A DNA stretch of 64,000 nucleotides, taken from Zancudomyces culisetae HAW-14-8. Lineage: Eukaryota > Fungi > Kickxellomycota. The notes beneath the pieces were generated by a model, which saw only the letters and a program-made list of their open reading frames with translations, ran no database searches and had not been told where the DNA came from. The translations under genes and the position numbers were made by a program. Positions 1 to 14,359 of the stretch are shown here, piece by piece (the first letter of the stretch is position 1; each line of letters begins with the position of its first letter). Location: contig JBNJNM010000015.1 in NCBI GenBank assembly GCA_052426225.1, forward strand, positions 1,426,001 to 1,490,000, in the 5' to 3' direction.

Positions 1-3000
1 TACTGTAAATTGTGACGGTTATAGGACCTTATCTGGCAATTCAAAAAAAAACTTTAACGTTTTGCCTGTCTGAACAAAGAAGGGGAGGGTCAGTATCTAA
101 AAATAGGATACGAATATTTTTGGTTAGTTATCATTTATTGAATGTAAAGGATTTTGCAGAGAAAGAAATCAACACATCTCAATATCCTGCTACAATAGCG
201 TTTCTTAAAATATTAAACAGTTTCCTGCTAAAATAAGAGACAAGAGAGGATATAATTACTATTTTTCTGAAAGGCCTTTGATTAGTATAACTTTGTGGAT
301 ATGTGTTGGTACCAATATTTAGGATACTCCAATTTAAAAATTATATTGATCCTTGAAACGTTATATTCACTAAAGTAATACACATGTAATTTGATTGATG
401 CAAGTGTGTGTTATAAATATAGATGCAAGCACGAGTTGGCTTTTTTTTTGGCTCGGCACATATTGCAAAGGCCAATCCAGTGTTGTAAATTTTTATTATG
501 CTTGAATATAGATGCTAATTTTAATGAAAGCTTGGGACTTACGGGAAATTTGGGTATATTGTCTATTTTCGATCAAGTTTCCAGTTTACTAAAGGGTTAT
601 TTCTGTATTCGCAGGATTATTCAAATAGGTATAAAAAAAAGAAAGTAGATTTTCAAAACTTTAAGGGATGTAATAAGATAGAATGGAGAACGAGGGGAGA
701 GGGGGTAATATATGTGTTTAGGTTTAAAAAATCGGTATGCGGGTTTATAAGTATATTAAATATCCAAGAAAAAAAAAGATATGATCATCCTTTATATAGG
801 ATTTTTTTTTTTCACATAACTACCATATTAAGATTGAGTAGTTATCAGGCATCAAAAATTTTGTTGCGAGAGAAAGCAAGAATTATACGTAAACCAGCAT
901 AATTTTATTGTGTGTAAATTTACAAAGCCGATATTTGAATTTATAGCCTCAAATCCCAACACAATAACATCTTGAAACGATTATATTGCGGTAAAAAAAA
1001 AGAAAGGTATGGAATGTAGAATAACTGGTTGTAAATAAAAAAACGTAGCTGGGAATTATTGAAAAAATAATCGGCCAAATTGAGTATAAGTTCATCTTGC
1101 CACAGTTTAAGCAGGAAAAATTTTCAACTCTTGTGTTTTTGTGCCTTGAACTCTGCATCAACTTTCCCCACCCTTTCTCCTTTCTTTCTCCCCAGCATCG
1201 AAACCGACAGGCATTAGCTAAACTTTTTTTTAAAGCAATTTTGCTTTCCAAGTTAGCTCAATAACAATGGCTAAAGAGATACAATTTTAAAGATAGCAAA
1301 CCTCATTATTAGTCTTTTTTTTATGTAGAAACTCATTATCGGCTTCCACTTTAAATTAATTCCTGATGAAATTAGCTAATACAAAGAATTTAAATGAAAT
1401 CATTCTCAGACAAAGCATATAGCACCGCTAATAATACGACTTTATCGAATGTAAATTATACTGTTTTACGACTTGTAACACCTTATAAAATAGGAAAGGG
1501 AGGAACACAGAAAATGGCCTTTTTTTCACAATTTCAAATGGATGAAATATGGTGCTGACTTTTTTGATTTACTTGTATCACCCTGTTTTTCTAACAAAAG
1601 GCAAGCTCGAATTAGCTCTCCTTTTCTCTGATTGTGGGTTCTTCATGCTTCTTGAAAAGGAGGTAAAAAAATAACGAATTTAGTTTATAAGCGTATCAAA
1701 TCACAATAATTTTTAAATTTTAAGGATTTTTCACCAACAGGAAACTGACTTTACTCAAATGGAAAAAAATCGATCTTTTGTTTTGGGTTGGATCAATTAA
1801 CCATCCACATTTACACAAGTCTCTCCCACCCCCCCCCCCTCCTCCCTCCGCTCCTTTCCCGGCTCAACACACTATCTCTCATCATTCCAGTACACATTAC
1901 TCCCACTGGTAGGAAAATACTTTGTTTATGAACGCTTTTTTTTTGAAAACACAAAAAAGCGCATGAAACTTTATTTAAAAAGAAAAATAGATCTTTGGTT
2001 TCCCTCTTTTTCTTCCCATCCCATATGGAGGTTGGTTGCTGACTTTTGATTTTTTTTCCATCCTTTTTGTAATCACCCATTTAGTACACTAATGCTTGTT
2101 TCATTACATTATATTCTGTTTTAGCCTCATAACGCTATTTTCTAGCAATATAGCTGTAAACGTACATCAAGGGAAAATTTTTAAAAAAAGACAAACCAAT
2201 ACCTAGGCCTTATTCTCTTACTGAAAACTCAGGTAAGCTGTGAAGAAGACCTACTTCATATTTAGACATAAATTAATTATGCTACAAATTTTAATCACGG
2301 AAGCCGGCTGCATGGAGATTATTTGGGAATTGCTTATTACCCAATCTAACGTCATTTTTTACTTAAATCACCCAGCCTGCCCTCCACATTTGTAGTTAGC
2401 GGGTATCTGGGAAAATGAAAAGCTTGCCCTTAATGTGTTAAAGAGGTATGGTGAGAGGGGGAAGGGGATGTGTGAACCAAAAGATTTATTGCGTCATATC
2501 GACTTCTGGCCCAAAACACTCAAAGTTGCTTGAACTCCAAGGTGCAAGGGTCCGAATTTGGCAATTACTATAAAAGGCATGTACTCAGTTAGAAAATTAG
2601 TGTTAAAAAGAAATAATGTGTTTAGAATATTGCGTGGCTGTATATTATATGATGTATACACTTAATGACACAATACCATTTCACTCACCCCCATTACATG
2701 TATACTCTTTTCAAAAAGAGAGTTTATAGTTGTCAGCTGTTTGTAAGAAAAAGTGTATTTCTAAATCGTATATTAGATAGAGAGCAGAAGTAGGAGTCTT
2801 TTTTGTGGCAGCATTTTTTACAAAAGGCGTTAGTGAGTAAAGCGAGAATACACCATTTAAAGGCAATGATGAGGGGGGAAAGAAAATGCACCAGTATTCA
2901 ATGCAAATGTGGAAACTAAAGCTAGGGTATAGCACACACAAATGCATTGACTATTGCAAGGCAATTGAGTACACACAGGCATTTTATCTGTAATGCAGCC

Positions 3001-6000
3001 TTCCCCCAAATAGCACAGTTGAAATGGTGTGATATTATTACAGAGATAATGTTAAAATGGTAAATATAGTTGTTAAATTGGGAATTAGCCTGTCTCATCC
3101 AATATAGATGCAGATCACTATTTTTTTATTTTTTTTACACAATTTCAACCAAATTCTTATCTCTTTAATTTGTACTGTACAACTATTTAATCACATTCAT
3201 TAAACAAAGATAAAAGCGAGAACTGCTCATAAGTGAAGGAGGTAAAGTCCTCTTGTCACGCCAGGAATTCATATTTGATGATGTACCAAAGCACAAAGTG
3301 TAGAGTTGGTCAAGGTAACACATAGTAAACGCTAGTTTTTATATAAACCTTTGATATTTTAAAGTGATCTTTACCCTTTTTTATTATGTATAGTTTGCTA
3401 TTGTAAACTGGGGATACTTCAGAAAAAGTGGACGTAAAATTAACCATTGTCAAGTTGGCTTTTTGGTTTTTTGGTTTGATGGAGTAAAAGAGGAAAAAAG
3501 GGGGTGATGGGGGGAGAAAAAAGTGTCTTTATGAGATCCACAATCTGTATAAGTATACACCTAAGGTTCTTGATAGTGATGGTCAGACTTTTTCTAAACT
3601 AACGAGTGAGTCACTGCAAAAATATCACGCCTGGTTTTCTGTTTAGTTTAATTAAAAACCCAAATTGCGTTAGTATTTGGTACTGTATAAACTAAGAAAT
3701 TGTTCCGCAATTCCATTTTCTTCCCCGCAGAAAAAATGAAGTGATTTTCACATCGTTTTTACAGATAGATAACACATAAAAATCATTTCCTATTGTAGTA
3801 GATATCTCTTTTTTTTATGCATCTGGAATCTCTTAGTAGATTGAAGCTAGCGTAATAATTAAACTATGCTTCTAGAATTACTTTTTTGTGCACTCGTCAA
3901 AGTCTTGGATATGTGTGTTGTTACAAAATTTTAATTGGCAATTTCTAGATTTAGCCGAATAATTAAACCATGAAGATATACTTGTGAAAAAAAAACGATG
4001 TATATGCCAAAAGAAACCCTTTTTATCTTGTTATCTACTAACTGTGCTTTTATTCAGACCCCATTTCGTTGGTTGTCAAGCAACAGAGTCACTACTAGAT
4101 GTTCAAACCCCTTATTGTGTGGTTTTTTCTTTTCTGGCATTCCCATTCCCCTACCTAAAAAAAATAAAAAACCATATAATTACAAACCCAATGTAGGAAA
4201 TTGCGAGTAGAGTGATGGATGGTCAAGCAATGTCAAGCTTGATAACGTGTTCTTGTCCTGCAATATCCCCAAGTTCAGTTGTTAGGTTAATTTTTTAATT
4301 ACAATCAGAAAAACGCGGTAGTACAAATTATTTGCAAGATTGAAAAATAGTTGGTGGGCAAATAGAATCGTAAAATCTGCTTTGATAACACGTTGCACTA
4401 GCGGTTAATCTTTTTTTACTTCCTTTTACTTAATTTGGTATATTTTTATCACAAATTCGCTATAAACTGAGGAGATACAAGAATAAAGGCACACTAATGG
4501 ATTTTAAAAACACACACCCAGTCTTTTGGGTATCTACTAAGCATTGTTAGAGGAATTGTCGCTAATAATTATTTATAGTGACAATTTGTAATAAATGACT
4601 ACTATTCATAGAAGCTTATTATATTTTGTGTAAAACACAGTGTAATTAGATCAATGTTGCAAATTCGTAGATACAATTATTCACTACATTCACATAACCG
4701 CTTTAAATGTGTGAGCAGAGGAGCTGACTTTTTTTTAAAAAATAAAAATAAATAAGTGGCAACAAATCTTGTTTTCAGTTCAAAAAAAAAACTTCGGAAG
4801 CAAAGTAGGGGGCGAACAGCACGTATTTGCAATGTGGCCATGGATTACAAGTTTCATCTAATATTTTTTGCTAACATTGGTTCCTACCCCCTCTCTTTTT
4901 ACTGGAACGTATTAATCCCGCTTTAGCTTCCATTCCCTTGAACCAATACCCTTCGGGCAACATAGTCACTAGTGAGTCGGGGGGAAATTGAATAAGCTTA
5001 AGTTTAGTTTGGTGGATTGTTTTTTTAAGAACCTTTTATCTAAAGTAATCTTTACTACCAAAAAGACTGCTTAGAACTCATTCCTAAAGTTTACTTCATG
5101 TGATTAAAAGAATTAATCGTTGTATATACACTCAGAATACACAACCATTGGTTATAATATTCCTCCTCACTTTTTCTACTTTATATGCTGAAACGAATAT
5201 CATGTGATATACATACTTTTCGCTAGATTATATAATCTATGTGTGACTAATAATCTTCTATATCCAAGAAAGGGTGGGGAGGTGTAAACATTTATATTTT
5301 GACGCTAAAACATGTTTATAAGGGCATAAAAAATCAATACTTGCAAAAAGAAGATAAGATCAGGAATAACTCTCTAAACTATTAAACACTCCCATTTTCT
5401 CAAAACAACTAGTAAGGATGAGATACCACTCAATCCACTTACCAAGATAAAACACCCGTAACGGGGTTAGTATAGGTCCAGTTGTGATATCATTAAATCA
5501 AACAAAAGATGAAACACATCAGTTTACGTTAGTATAATTTAAATTATATAAATATATGAATTGTCTCATAAACAACAATACAAGACGAAATATTGCTGAA
5601 ACTACTGAAATGTTGATGCATCTATTCAGCTCCTTTTTTCTCATAGCGGGGTTAAATTGATGAAATTATGTAAAACATCTTTTCTTGTTCAATAACCAGG
5701 ATGTGGTGAGATGCAACATATATTATGTCGACAGGTGTATATGGTACTAGGTAACACGATTGCTAGGTTTTGTCGTAAATACCCGTGTGTTATGCTAGCT
5801 GTTTCAATAGTTACTATATCAATCATAAGCATTCCATCCAATCAATGAAAACGTCTATGTCAGGTTTAGAATATGATATCTATAGGAAAAAAAGTACTCG
5901 GATATAGATAGCTCGAGTTCCGAGAAAATGAGCAAACATCATGTAATTTTATAGTTTGGTCGGGATTTAGTGTAAAGTGGTATTTCATGTGTAATGTTTT

Positions 6001-6021
6001 ATCATAACATCTTTGATAAAG

Positions 6022-6053
6022 TACCGATACTGATACCGATACTGATACCGATA
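6022..6053. repeat. Hexanucleotide microsatellite (GATACC/GATACT)n
   Basis: taccgatactgataccgatactgataccgata. Confidence 0.8.
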
Positions 6054-7623
6054 ATAATACTAATACCAACTCATCAATTTTATTTATTGAACAAGGCAAA
6101 TATAATTCATCTCGTTTGAATGTGTACATCCTTTTGTTTCTCGTACAGCTTCAAGATTTTTTGTAGCGCAAACACAAAGCCTGTGCAAGGTAGAAAGCTA
6201 GCCACAAGTATTACACAACCAGGGTTATCAGTAAAACACCACTTCATCTCGAACTACTTTCCTTGTTATATAGCCCGATGTTTATTCACTAGTGTATTTG
6301 ATTTGTGCTTTGGTCCAAACATCCTACCAACACTTTACACAAAAATACAAACAAAATTTCGGATAATAGTCATTTCCATTTGATATTTTCAAGCTGTTAC
6401 CAGAAAACGGTATGCTCCTTTTGTATGATATTCTTGAAAAGCTTGGAGGTTTTTCTATCTGCTTTGCTCAGAGTAGAAATAAAAAATAAGGCGAATTTTA
6501 TTATGTAAATAGTAGCTACGCATCGGGTTACGTTTCCCTATTTTTAAAAGATGGTGGATATGGAGTGTCATGCACCACAAATAGGTGTATTTTTGACGTT
6601 CATTGTGGTCTTATAGAGGTAAAATCGTTTTTCAGATGCTTAGAGTGTATTTAAAGGGTTACTATACTTTCTAGAAATATATCCCGATTTTCCAACACCA
6701 AAAAGCTGCTATATTGTCATTTCTTATGCACATCGAGAGATTTGTGGAAAAAAGCACTTTTCATTCTTACAATAAATACCTGTACATAAAAGGGGGAGAG
6801 TGACCTAAGTCACTCATAAATGATCGGATCATCCAATTTTTGGTTCAATTTATCAATATCAGTTTAAGTGTAGAGATGAGCACTTTTGTTGATCCGTAGA
6901 GCAAAAAAAAAGGAAAAATGCATCATGCTGGAGTGGCCAGAAAAAAGGAATACTGACCAAAATCAAGCCATCGAATCAACCTGGAGGTATACCCTGCTGT
7001 AGTTTTAATTATAGTTGTGCCCATTTTGACCTTTTTATGAGTCCTTGGTAATTTATTTACTAGCTATATTTTGTTTTTTTTGTTGATGTTTTTGTATTTT
7101 GTTTTCGTAGTTAATAATAAAGCATAATTGCAACAAAAAATTCTAAATACAAGTGGCCTATAGCTGCGCATTAGCCAGTTGCTCTAACAAAAAAAACAAT
7201 TTATCACACCGAATCAGTATGAAGAATTAAAAAGATACACATCCCAGTATCATCACTACGCAAAATTATTGGCCATTTTTTTTTGCAGACTTTTGTTTAT
7301 GAGAGAGAGGGAAATGAAAAAAACAACTAATCTTATGAATCATATTGCATTAAAATAGGCGAAAAAAACAGAGGCAACGAATAAAAGGGGGTATTTATGA
7401 TTTAACAAGGTTATTTCCTTGATAAAACATTTGAAGCAATTTGGAAACCTATAATAACCGGAAAACCAAATCAATCATTACAACTATTACTCTCTCTGCG
7501 GAAAATCAGAACACAGACAACCATTTGAAACCTAGCTTTAATATTTTTCAAACTAAAGTAATATATTTAAACTTTTGGATTATTTAACTATTTTGGATTG
7601 GTAAAAGTGCATTTTATATTAAC

Positions 7624-7632
7624 TCGCGCGTT
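7624..7632. promoter_or_regulatory. Possible MCB/E2F-like cell-cycle element (TCGCGCGTT) ~40 nt upstream of the MSH6 ATG
   Basis: CGCG core in AT-rich DNA just upstream of a gene class that is G1/S-regulated in yeasts. Motif match only. Confidence 0.3.
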
Positions 7633-7671
7633 AGGAAGCAGAATAAATAGGAAAAATACTGAAAAAATAAA

Positions 7672-10600
7672 ATGAACGGCACACCACGGAAAAAGACGCA
7701 GCAGTCGACGCTAATGTCTTTTTTTGGTACCCCAAAGACTAAGTCGAACTTTCCGAGCAGCCCTTCAACAGGGATTGGCAAAGAAAAGGACGGGGGAACA
7801 GAAAAAACCAATATCCCCAGAGGTAGTGTACAACGACAGTTAAGTGGATTTACCAATAGTAGCCAGCCTTCCCTTGACGATGAAACCTTAGCTCAACTCG
7901 AAAGCTTTGACATACAAACTCCAAATTCAAAGGCAAAAAGACGAGAAATGTCACATGGTACAGGAAGCTTTATGTCCGGAAGCGCCATTAAAAGAATGAA
8001 ATCTAGAAAAGCTAGCTCCTCTAGTCTTTCTGACCTTGGTTTTGATGAAGATGAAGATTTACTTAAAAAGATAGAAAGCATCGAAAATTCAATGGAGGTT
8101 AGTGTGTGACAAAACATATTATGTACATTTACTTGTAAATTATAGGGTCTAAAAACCCAACATCATAGCTTTTTTTAGCTGATTGTAAAATTATCTCTCT
8201 ACTAAGCTTTGTTCAAAAATATAGGTGAAAGAAGAGAAAAAGCCTCAGGAAAGTTCTCCTCTTAAAGGAAGAAGAAGAGGAAGAGGTAGAGACAGTGATC
8301 GAGGTAACAAAGAAGCTAAACCAGAAATATTCGAAAGCGCGGACTCTGCGACTGAAAGTGATGGGATAAGCAGTGGAGATGAATTTAAGCCTGGTGCTGA
8401 CTTGGGTGTTAGTGATGATGAGTTTAAAATGAGCTGTGGGTCTGAGGATGATGAAATAGTATCTGCTCTGAATAAAAAAGGCAGCAGAATAAACAAACCA
8501 GCAGTTACAAGTGGCGGGCGACAAAAAAAAGTGATTGATAGCGATGAAGAGGACATGAGTCTACAAAATCGCGTTGTGAAGGATATATATATTACTAAAA
8601 ACGCAGTAGTTCGAAAAGGTACTGGAGTAGGCGATGAACTTTTAAAGAAGTTTGGCAACAAAGAGCAGGATGGGTCTATAGGAGGTTTTGGCGGAGGGGT
8701 AGCAGCTGCCAGTGCCCTAAGCCGACCTTCATTCCTGAACAACAATACAATAGGAAAAACACCAAGTTTGGTACCAACGTTGACAAACAACTCTAGTCTC
8801 GATGGTGGTCCAAGTAACACTAGTCTTCTAGAGCGTGTGAAGGCACAAAAAGCAGCAGAAAAAGGGGACAGTTTTGGAAGCGTTTTTAGCAGATTTAAGG
8901 CAAATGATACAAGCTTTAAAACTAATAGTGCTAATGGCGGCTTTGCGGGTAGGAATGAGAAGCTAACAGAAATCGATCGTAAAAAGCATGCCTTTGATAA
9001 GAATAAGGACAGATATGCATGGTTGCTGGATGTAAAAGATAGGAAGGGGCGAAAGGTTGGTGAGCCAGGGTATGATCCAAAGTCACTATATATACCCCGG
9101 GATGAGTGGAACAGATTTACTCCATTTGAAAAACAGTACTGGGAAATAAAGAGCAACAATTGGGATTCCGTCGTCTTTTTTAAAAAGGGAAAGTTTTATG
9201 AGTTGTATGAAAATGATGCGGATATTGGCCATCAGTTGTTTGATTTAAAGATGACAGACAGAGTGAATATGAGAATGGTCGGAGTACCTGAAGCAAGTTT
9301 TGAGAACTGGGCCTCGCAATTTGTCGCAAAAGGTTTTAAGGTAGCTAAAGTAGAACAAATGGAGAGTAGTTTGGCGAAAACCATGCGTGAGCGGGATGGA
9401 ACCGATCTATCAACTACATCAGCTGAAACAAAGCAGTTGCTAGTAAATTCCGGTAAAGAGGAGAAAGTAGTTAGGAGAGAGCTTACGTGTATTTTGACTG
9501 CAGGAACCCTCGTTGAGCCAAAAATGCTTTCTGGAGACCTTTCCACATATTGCCTGGCAATCGTGGAAAGCCCAAACCTTCTTTCTGATGATAAACCTGG
9601 GGCTTCCCTTGATCATGAATTTCAATCAGAGAATAAAGGTATTTCACCATTTCCCAGTTTTGGTGTGGCATTTGTTGACACTTCTACGGCAAAGTTCTAC
9701 GTTGTTGGCATAGAGCGTGATGATCCAAGCAGAACTCAACTAGAGACATTACTGGTGCAGTTGAGCCCACGGGAGGTAGTGTATGTTAATAGTGGTGCAG
9801 GTCCAAACAGCAACGCAATGTTGAAAAATAGAGGCGAATCAGACTACGGTTCGTCATTAAGTTTTTCTAGCACTGGTTCACGAAATAGGAGTTTTCAACC
9901 ATCTGCAGATGGTATGGGCGGGCTAAGTACAGCCACTTGGAGGGTTTTGAAAAACACATGTAGAATTTCTACCCTGTGGAATGCGCTAGAGCCATACTAT
10001 GAGTTTTGGGATGGTGCCAAAACTTTAGAGAATCTAAAAAGTGAAGGGTATTTTCAGCAAGATGACGACGATATGGATGTTCAACTTCCAACAGTATTAC
10101 AGGGACTGGAAAACAGTAGCATGGGGAACCTAATTCTTAGTGCCACTGGTGGGTTAATATACTATCTAAAGACACTAAAACTTGACAGGGAGCTTGTGTC
10201 AATGGGGAATTTTAACCTGTACAAGCCACTTGGAAATGATCTCAGCCTCATCTTGGATGGATCTACACTGGCGAACCTGGATGTGTTCACAACTGAAAAT
10301 GATCTTGCTGTTGCAAATGCTAGAACTTCACAGCCCGGCACACTGTTCCATTTGATAAACCATACTCGTACTCCATTTGGTCGCAGACTTCTGCACACTT
10401 GGCTATGTCATCCACTAAGAGACCCAGCTCTTATAAATGAAAGACTCGATGTTGTTGACTTTTACTTGGCAAAAGAAAACCAAGAATTTTTTGATATGTT
10501 GGAGCAGTGCTTTGGTAAACTTCCAGATATTGAACGACTCTTGAGTAGGGTTCATGCGGGAACATGCAAGGAGGAGGTGTGGCTAAGGCTACTGGATACC

Positions 10601-12313
10601 TTGATAAAGATGACAAGGGATTTTACTGAAATAAAGGCAATAGCACATGGTTTATTGGCTTCTGGTGGAGATAGCTCTGGCACAAGGTTTCCCAAAAAGC
10701 TGGAGTCACTGTTGGCTTCATTCCCTCTAAACGAAATTTCTGGCGTTTTAAATGACTTTAACAACAGTTTTGATAAAAAAAAGGCAGAAATAGAAAAAAA
10801 ACTAATTCCCCATCTCGGGAATGATGAGACAGTAGACAGGATACTGCTGGAATTAAAAAAAATTGATGAGTGGCTAGATGAACATTTAGAGTTTCATCGA
10901 AAGAAATATAAATGCAACACAATCATTTACAAATCTATAGGAAAAGAGCTACATCAGCTTGAAATTCCGAGAAGAATTGAAGTTCCTCCAAACTACGTAC
11001 GTAAATCTGCAACCAAAGATGTTCACAGGTACTACTCTCCACAGCTTGCTCAAAAAATTAACGAACAAGCCGAGGCAATGGAACATTACAATGCTGCACT
11101 CAGGAACTACAAACTGGTCTTATATCAAAGATGGACAAAACATTACGGCTTGTTTGTATCTGCTGTCCGAATCATTTCCGAAATAGATGCTTTACTCTCG
11201 CTTGCAAAGGCTTCTGAGAGTATGGGCTTTGACAGTTCAAGACCAGAGATTGTTGATATAACGCTAAACGGAAACCAACCTTTCCTGGAATTCAGGGATT
11301 TAAGACACCCATGCCTGACTGTATCTGGAGGTGAGTATGGTTCGGTCTCGGGTAGACCATCCACCTTTGTTCCAAACGATTTACTTCTTGGAAAACTAGT
11401 AAATGAGCATCTTCCAGAACACGATGATGCAAATGTAATCCTACTTTCAGGACCCAACATGGGTGGCAAATCGACATTGATTCGTCAAGTGTGTGTGGCT
11501 ATAATACTAGCTCAAATGGGCTGTTATGTACCCGCAGCGTATGGAAAAATGACTGTGTTTGATCGTATATTTACTCGTTTGGGAGCCAGAGATAGTCTTT
11601 TAACAGGAAGGTCCACGTTTATGGTTGAAATGACAGAAACCGCCTCGTTTTTGAAACTGGCAACACCAATGAGCTTTGTGGCCGTGGATGAACTAGGAAG
11701 AGGAACCTCAACCCATGACGGCGAGGCGGTGGCATACTCAGTTTTACATCAGCTTTCGTCTAGAATTGGCTGTATTTCGATCTTCTCTACGCATTACGGA
11801 TTGCTGGCAAACGATATTTGTGGTACTAACAACATTCTACACAGATCAGTTTCCCCAAGAATTCGTCCAATGCATATGAGTTGTTTGGTCGACCCTGAGT
11901 TGCGCCGAGTCACGTTTCTGTACAAGCTAGTTAATGGTGTTGCTGAAAGAAGTCACGGAATGAATGTCGCACATATGGCAGGAATTCCCCTGGAAGTGGT
12001 CAAAAAGGCAGAGACGGTGGCTGAAGAATTTGAGCAAAAGATGCTTCATCTAAAAGCAACCTCTAACAATCGTGCAAATCCCACGTCTTTTGGCACCGCT
12101 GCTGCTGAAAACGAACTTCCTCTAACCGTTCTTTCTGATTTTGTAAATCTACTTCGCGTTACCGATGTTGAGGCCAAGGCAGACACTCAAGATCTATCTT
12201 GTGATAGAGTAGGTGGTCTTTTGTCTCACTCAACTATTTCTAGGAGTAGCAATCAAGGTGAAAACCAATATTGGTCAACAATAGTTGATCATATTACTAA
12301 ATATATTAGCTGA
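7672..12313 (+). CDS. MSH6: DNA mismatch repair protein MutS-alpha subunit Msh6; 2 exons (7672-8097, 8225-12313), ~1504 aa
   Basis: N-terminal PIP box QSTLMSFF; YDPKSLYIP..FTPFEKQYWEIK and the GKFYELYE mismatch-binding Phe-X-Glu motif; Walker A GPNMGGKST, STFMVE, DELGRGTST. Phase-0 intron GTTAGT..TACTAAG..ATATAG at 8098-8224. Confidence 0.96.
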
Positions 12314-12770
12314 TTTTTTATTTTTGCAAACCCAAACACTTAAATGGTGCTCTGTATACCATTACTATTTATTTTTAATCTTCACCACATTAGTAAACCT
12401 CGTTATTGGGGCTATTATAAAAAACTTTGCAAGCATTAGATGGTTTGATGATAATAGTATACCCGATACTAAATTCTAATACATGTTTGTATTGTGCATA
12501 ATAGTTGGGTTAAAGAACACGATTTTAATTTAGTCATGGACTTTATTAGAGTATAAATCTGCTTCTTTAAATTATGTATGGTTTGAAACACTAGAACTAA
12601 ATCAATTTTAGCTATATTTCTGTTATTTTTTATTTTTTACAGGCTCTGATATGTACTTTTTACAAACAAAATATACATAGAAAAACAACATACTCGTTTC
12701 GCATAACGTTAGAATAAAATTTAGAAAACGCCGAAACAAAAGAAGAGAAAAATAGTGCTATAAAGCTATA

Positions 12771-14359
12771 ATGTCGTCAATAGATAAGGCCATCCTTTTA
12801 AAGTATGGTGATGAAAGCAAGAAAAGGAAGCGAAAATCGGAATCCAAAAGTAAATTCACAAGCACTACAATACACGATGAAGACGATTTCGTACATTCTA
12901 GGCCGTTGAAAACAAGTAAGTAAACACATTTCAAAATCATAATGGATTTCAATCTACCACCACTTGCTTTGTAGTGACCTTAACACTATGATAGAAGCAA
13001 GAGTAAAAACAAGAACGCGAGTAAATGAGAGAGAGATACTTATTATTTAGCGTGGAACTCAACACATTTTTGTCGGCTTATCAGCTTTATTACTATGTTT
13101 GTCTTTAAACTGGAATGTTGTGATTATTTAAATCTAAATAAGTAACATGTATATAGAGGAGGTGCAAATAAAGGCGGATTCAGGTACCAGCAAGACAAAA
13201 GTCAATTCTTGGACAAATGTAAATGCAGTTTCAAAGTTAAAAAGCTCAGATTCTTCGAGAATCTCTGGTAGAGCAAACGCCATGACCGCTGGAAATCACG
13301 CTTCTGACGAAATGAAAAGTACTTTTTCCAACGATACAGAAGGTAGAGGTAACCCATAGCATAATAATCTGCTTTTTATTCTTAATGTATATTTACATAT
13401 ATCTTTCCGCCTCCCTCCCCAAGTTATATAACTTGGTTTAGCATAACCATAGTATCACCAAAACAAGGCATTCATTATATGTTCGACACGCTCTATCGGG
13501 TATTAACAAAACTTTTTTCCATTTCTTTGGTATATAGTTATTACTTCCTCGGCAAATGACAAAGAAAAACATGTGGGTTCATCTAACCAAAAGAGATATG
13601 GCCTTTTGACAGCAGATGACCTTAAAAAGGGTGCCGATGAGGAGCTGGCGCTACTAGCCCGAAAAAGAGAGTCGCATGCTGCTAACTCTGAGCTGGGAGA
13701 ATCTAGCGCTCCAAAGACGATATACAGAGATTCAAAAACAGGAAAAGTAATAGACATCGAAGAGGAGAAGATAAAATATCAAGAAAAACTGTTGGCAAAA
13801 GAGGAAAGAAAGGCAAAACAGAAGGAGTGGAATATGGGCTTGACTCAGCGAAGGGAGCAGGTAGAGTATTTAAAAAAGCTGGAAGAGGTTAAATCCACGC
13901 CTTTTACTTCGTATTTGGATGATACAAAGTTAAAAGAACTTAAAAAAAATGAAGTTGTGTGGGATGATCCTATGAGAGAATACATACAAAAATCGAGCAA
14001 AGCAAAATCCAAAGGGTCAAAATATGTATACCCAGCATATAGTGGACCCAACCCGCCACCAAATAGATATGGAATAAAGCCAGGTTACAGATGGGATGGT
14101 GTTGGTAAGTTTTTTTCATTATGTTCAGTGGTTGGTTTTCAGAGATATAGGCTCTGGAAACTGTATTTAAATTATGTACTCCCCAATCGTGTATCTTTTT
14201 ACAGCATCAAATATTCTCACTTTTAACAATTCCTGCTTGCTCAAAAATGTATTTTTTATAGACAGATCAAATGGATTTGAGGAGAAGTATCTCAAGAGCC
14301 GTAGCAAAATAGAATCTCAAAAAACAGATAGGTACATGCACAGCGTTCGTGATTGGTGA
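12771..14359 (+). CDS. BUD13: Pre-mRNA splicing factor Bud13/Cwc26 (RES complex); 4 exons (12771-12915, 13157-13342 or 13348, 13538-14104, 14262-14359)
   Basis: Bud13 domain motifs TIYRD..G, WNMGLTQ, WDDPM, PPPNRYGIKPGYRWDGV|DRSNGFE. The last motif is restored only by splicing intron 14105-14261. The 5' exons are phase-consistent but less certain. Confidence 0.9.

Noticed and set aside
8245-9159. 304-aa antisense ORF inside MSH6, and similar antisense ORFs within SHMT, SEC18, the pseudokinase and the last gene
   Set aside because: These are codon-shadow ORFs opposite well-supported genes, with no independent motifs.
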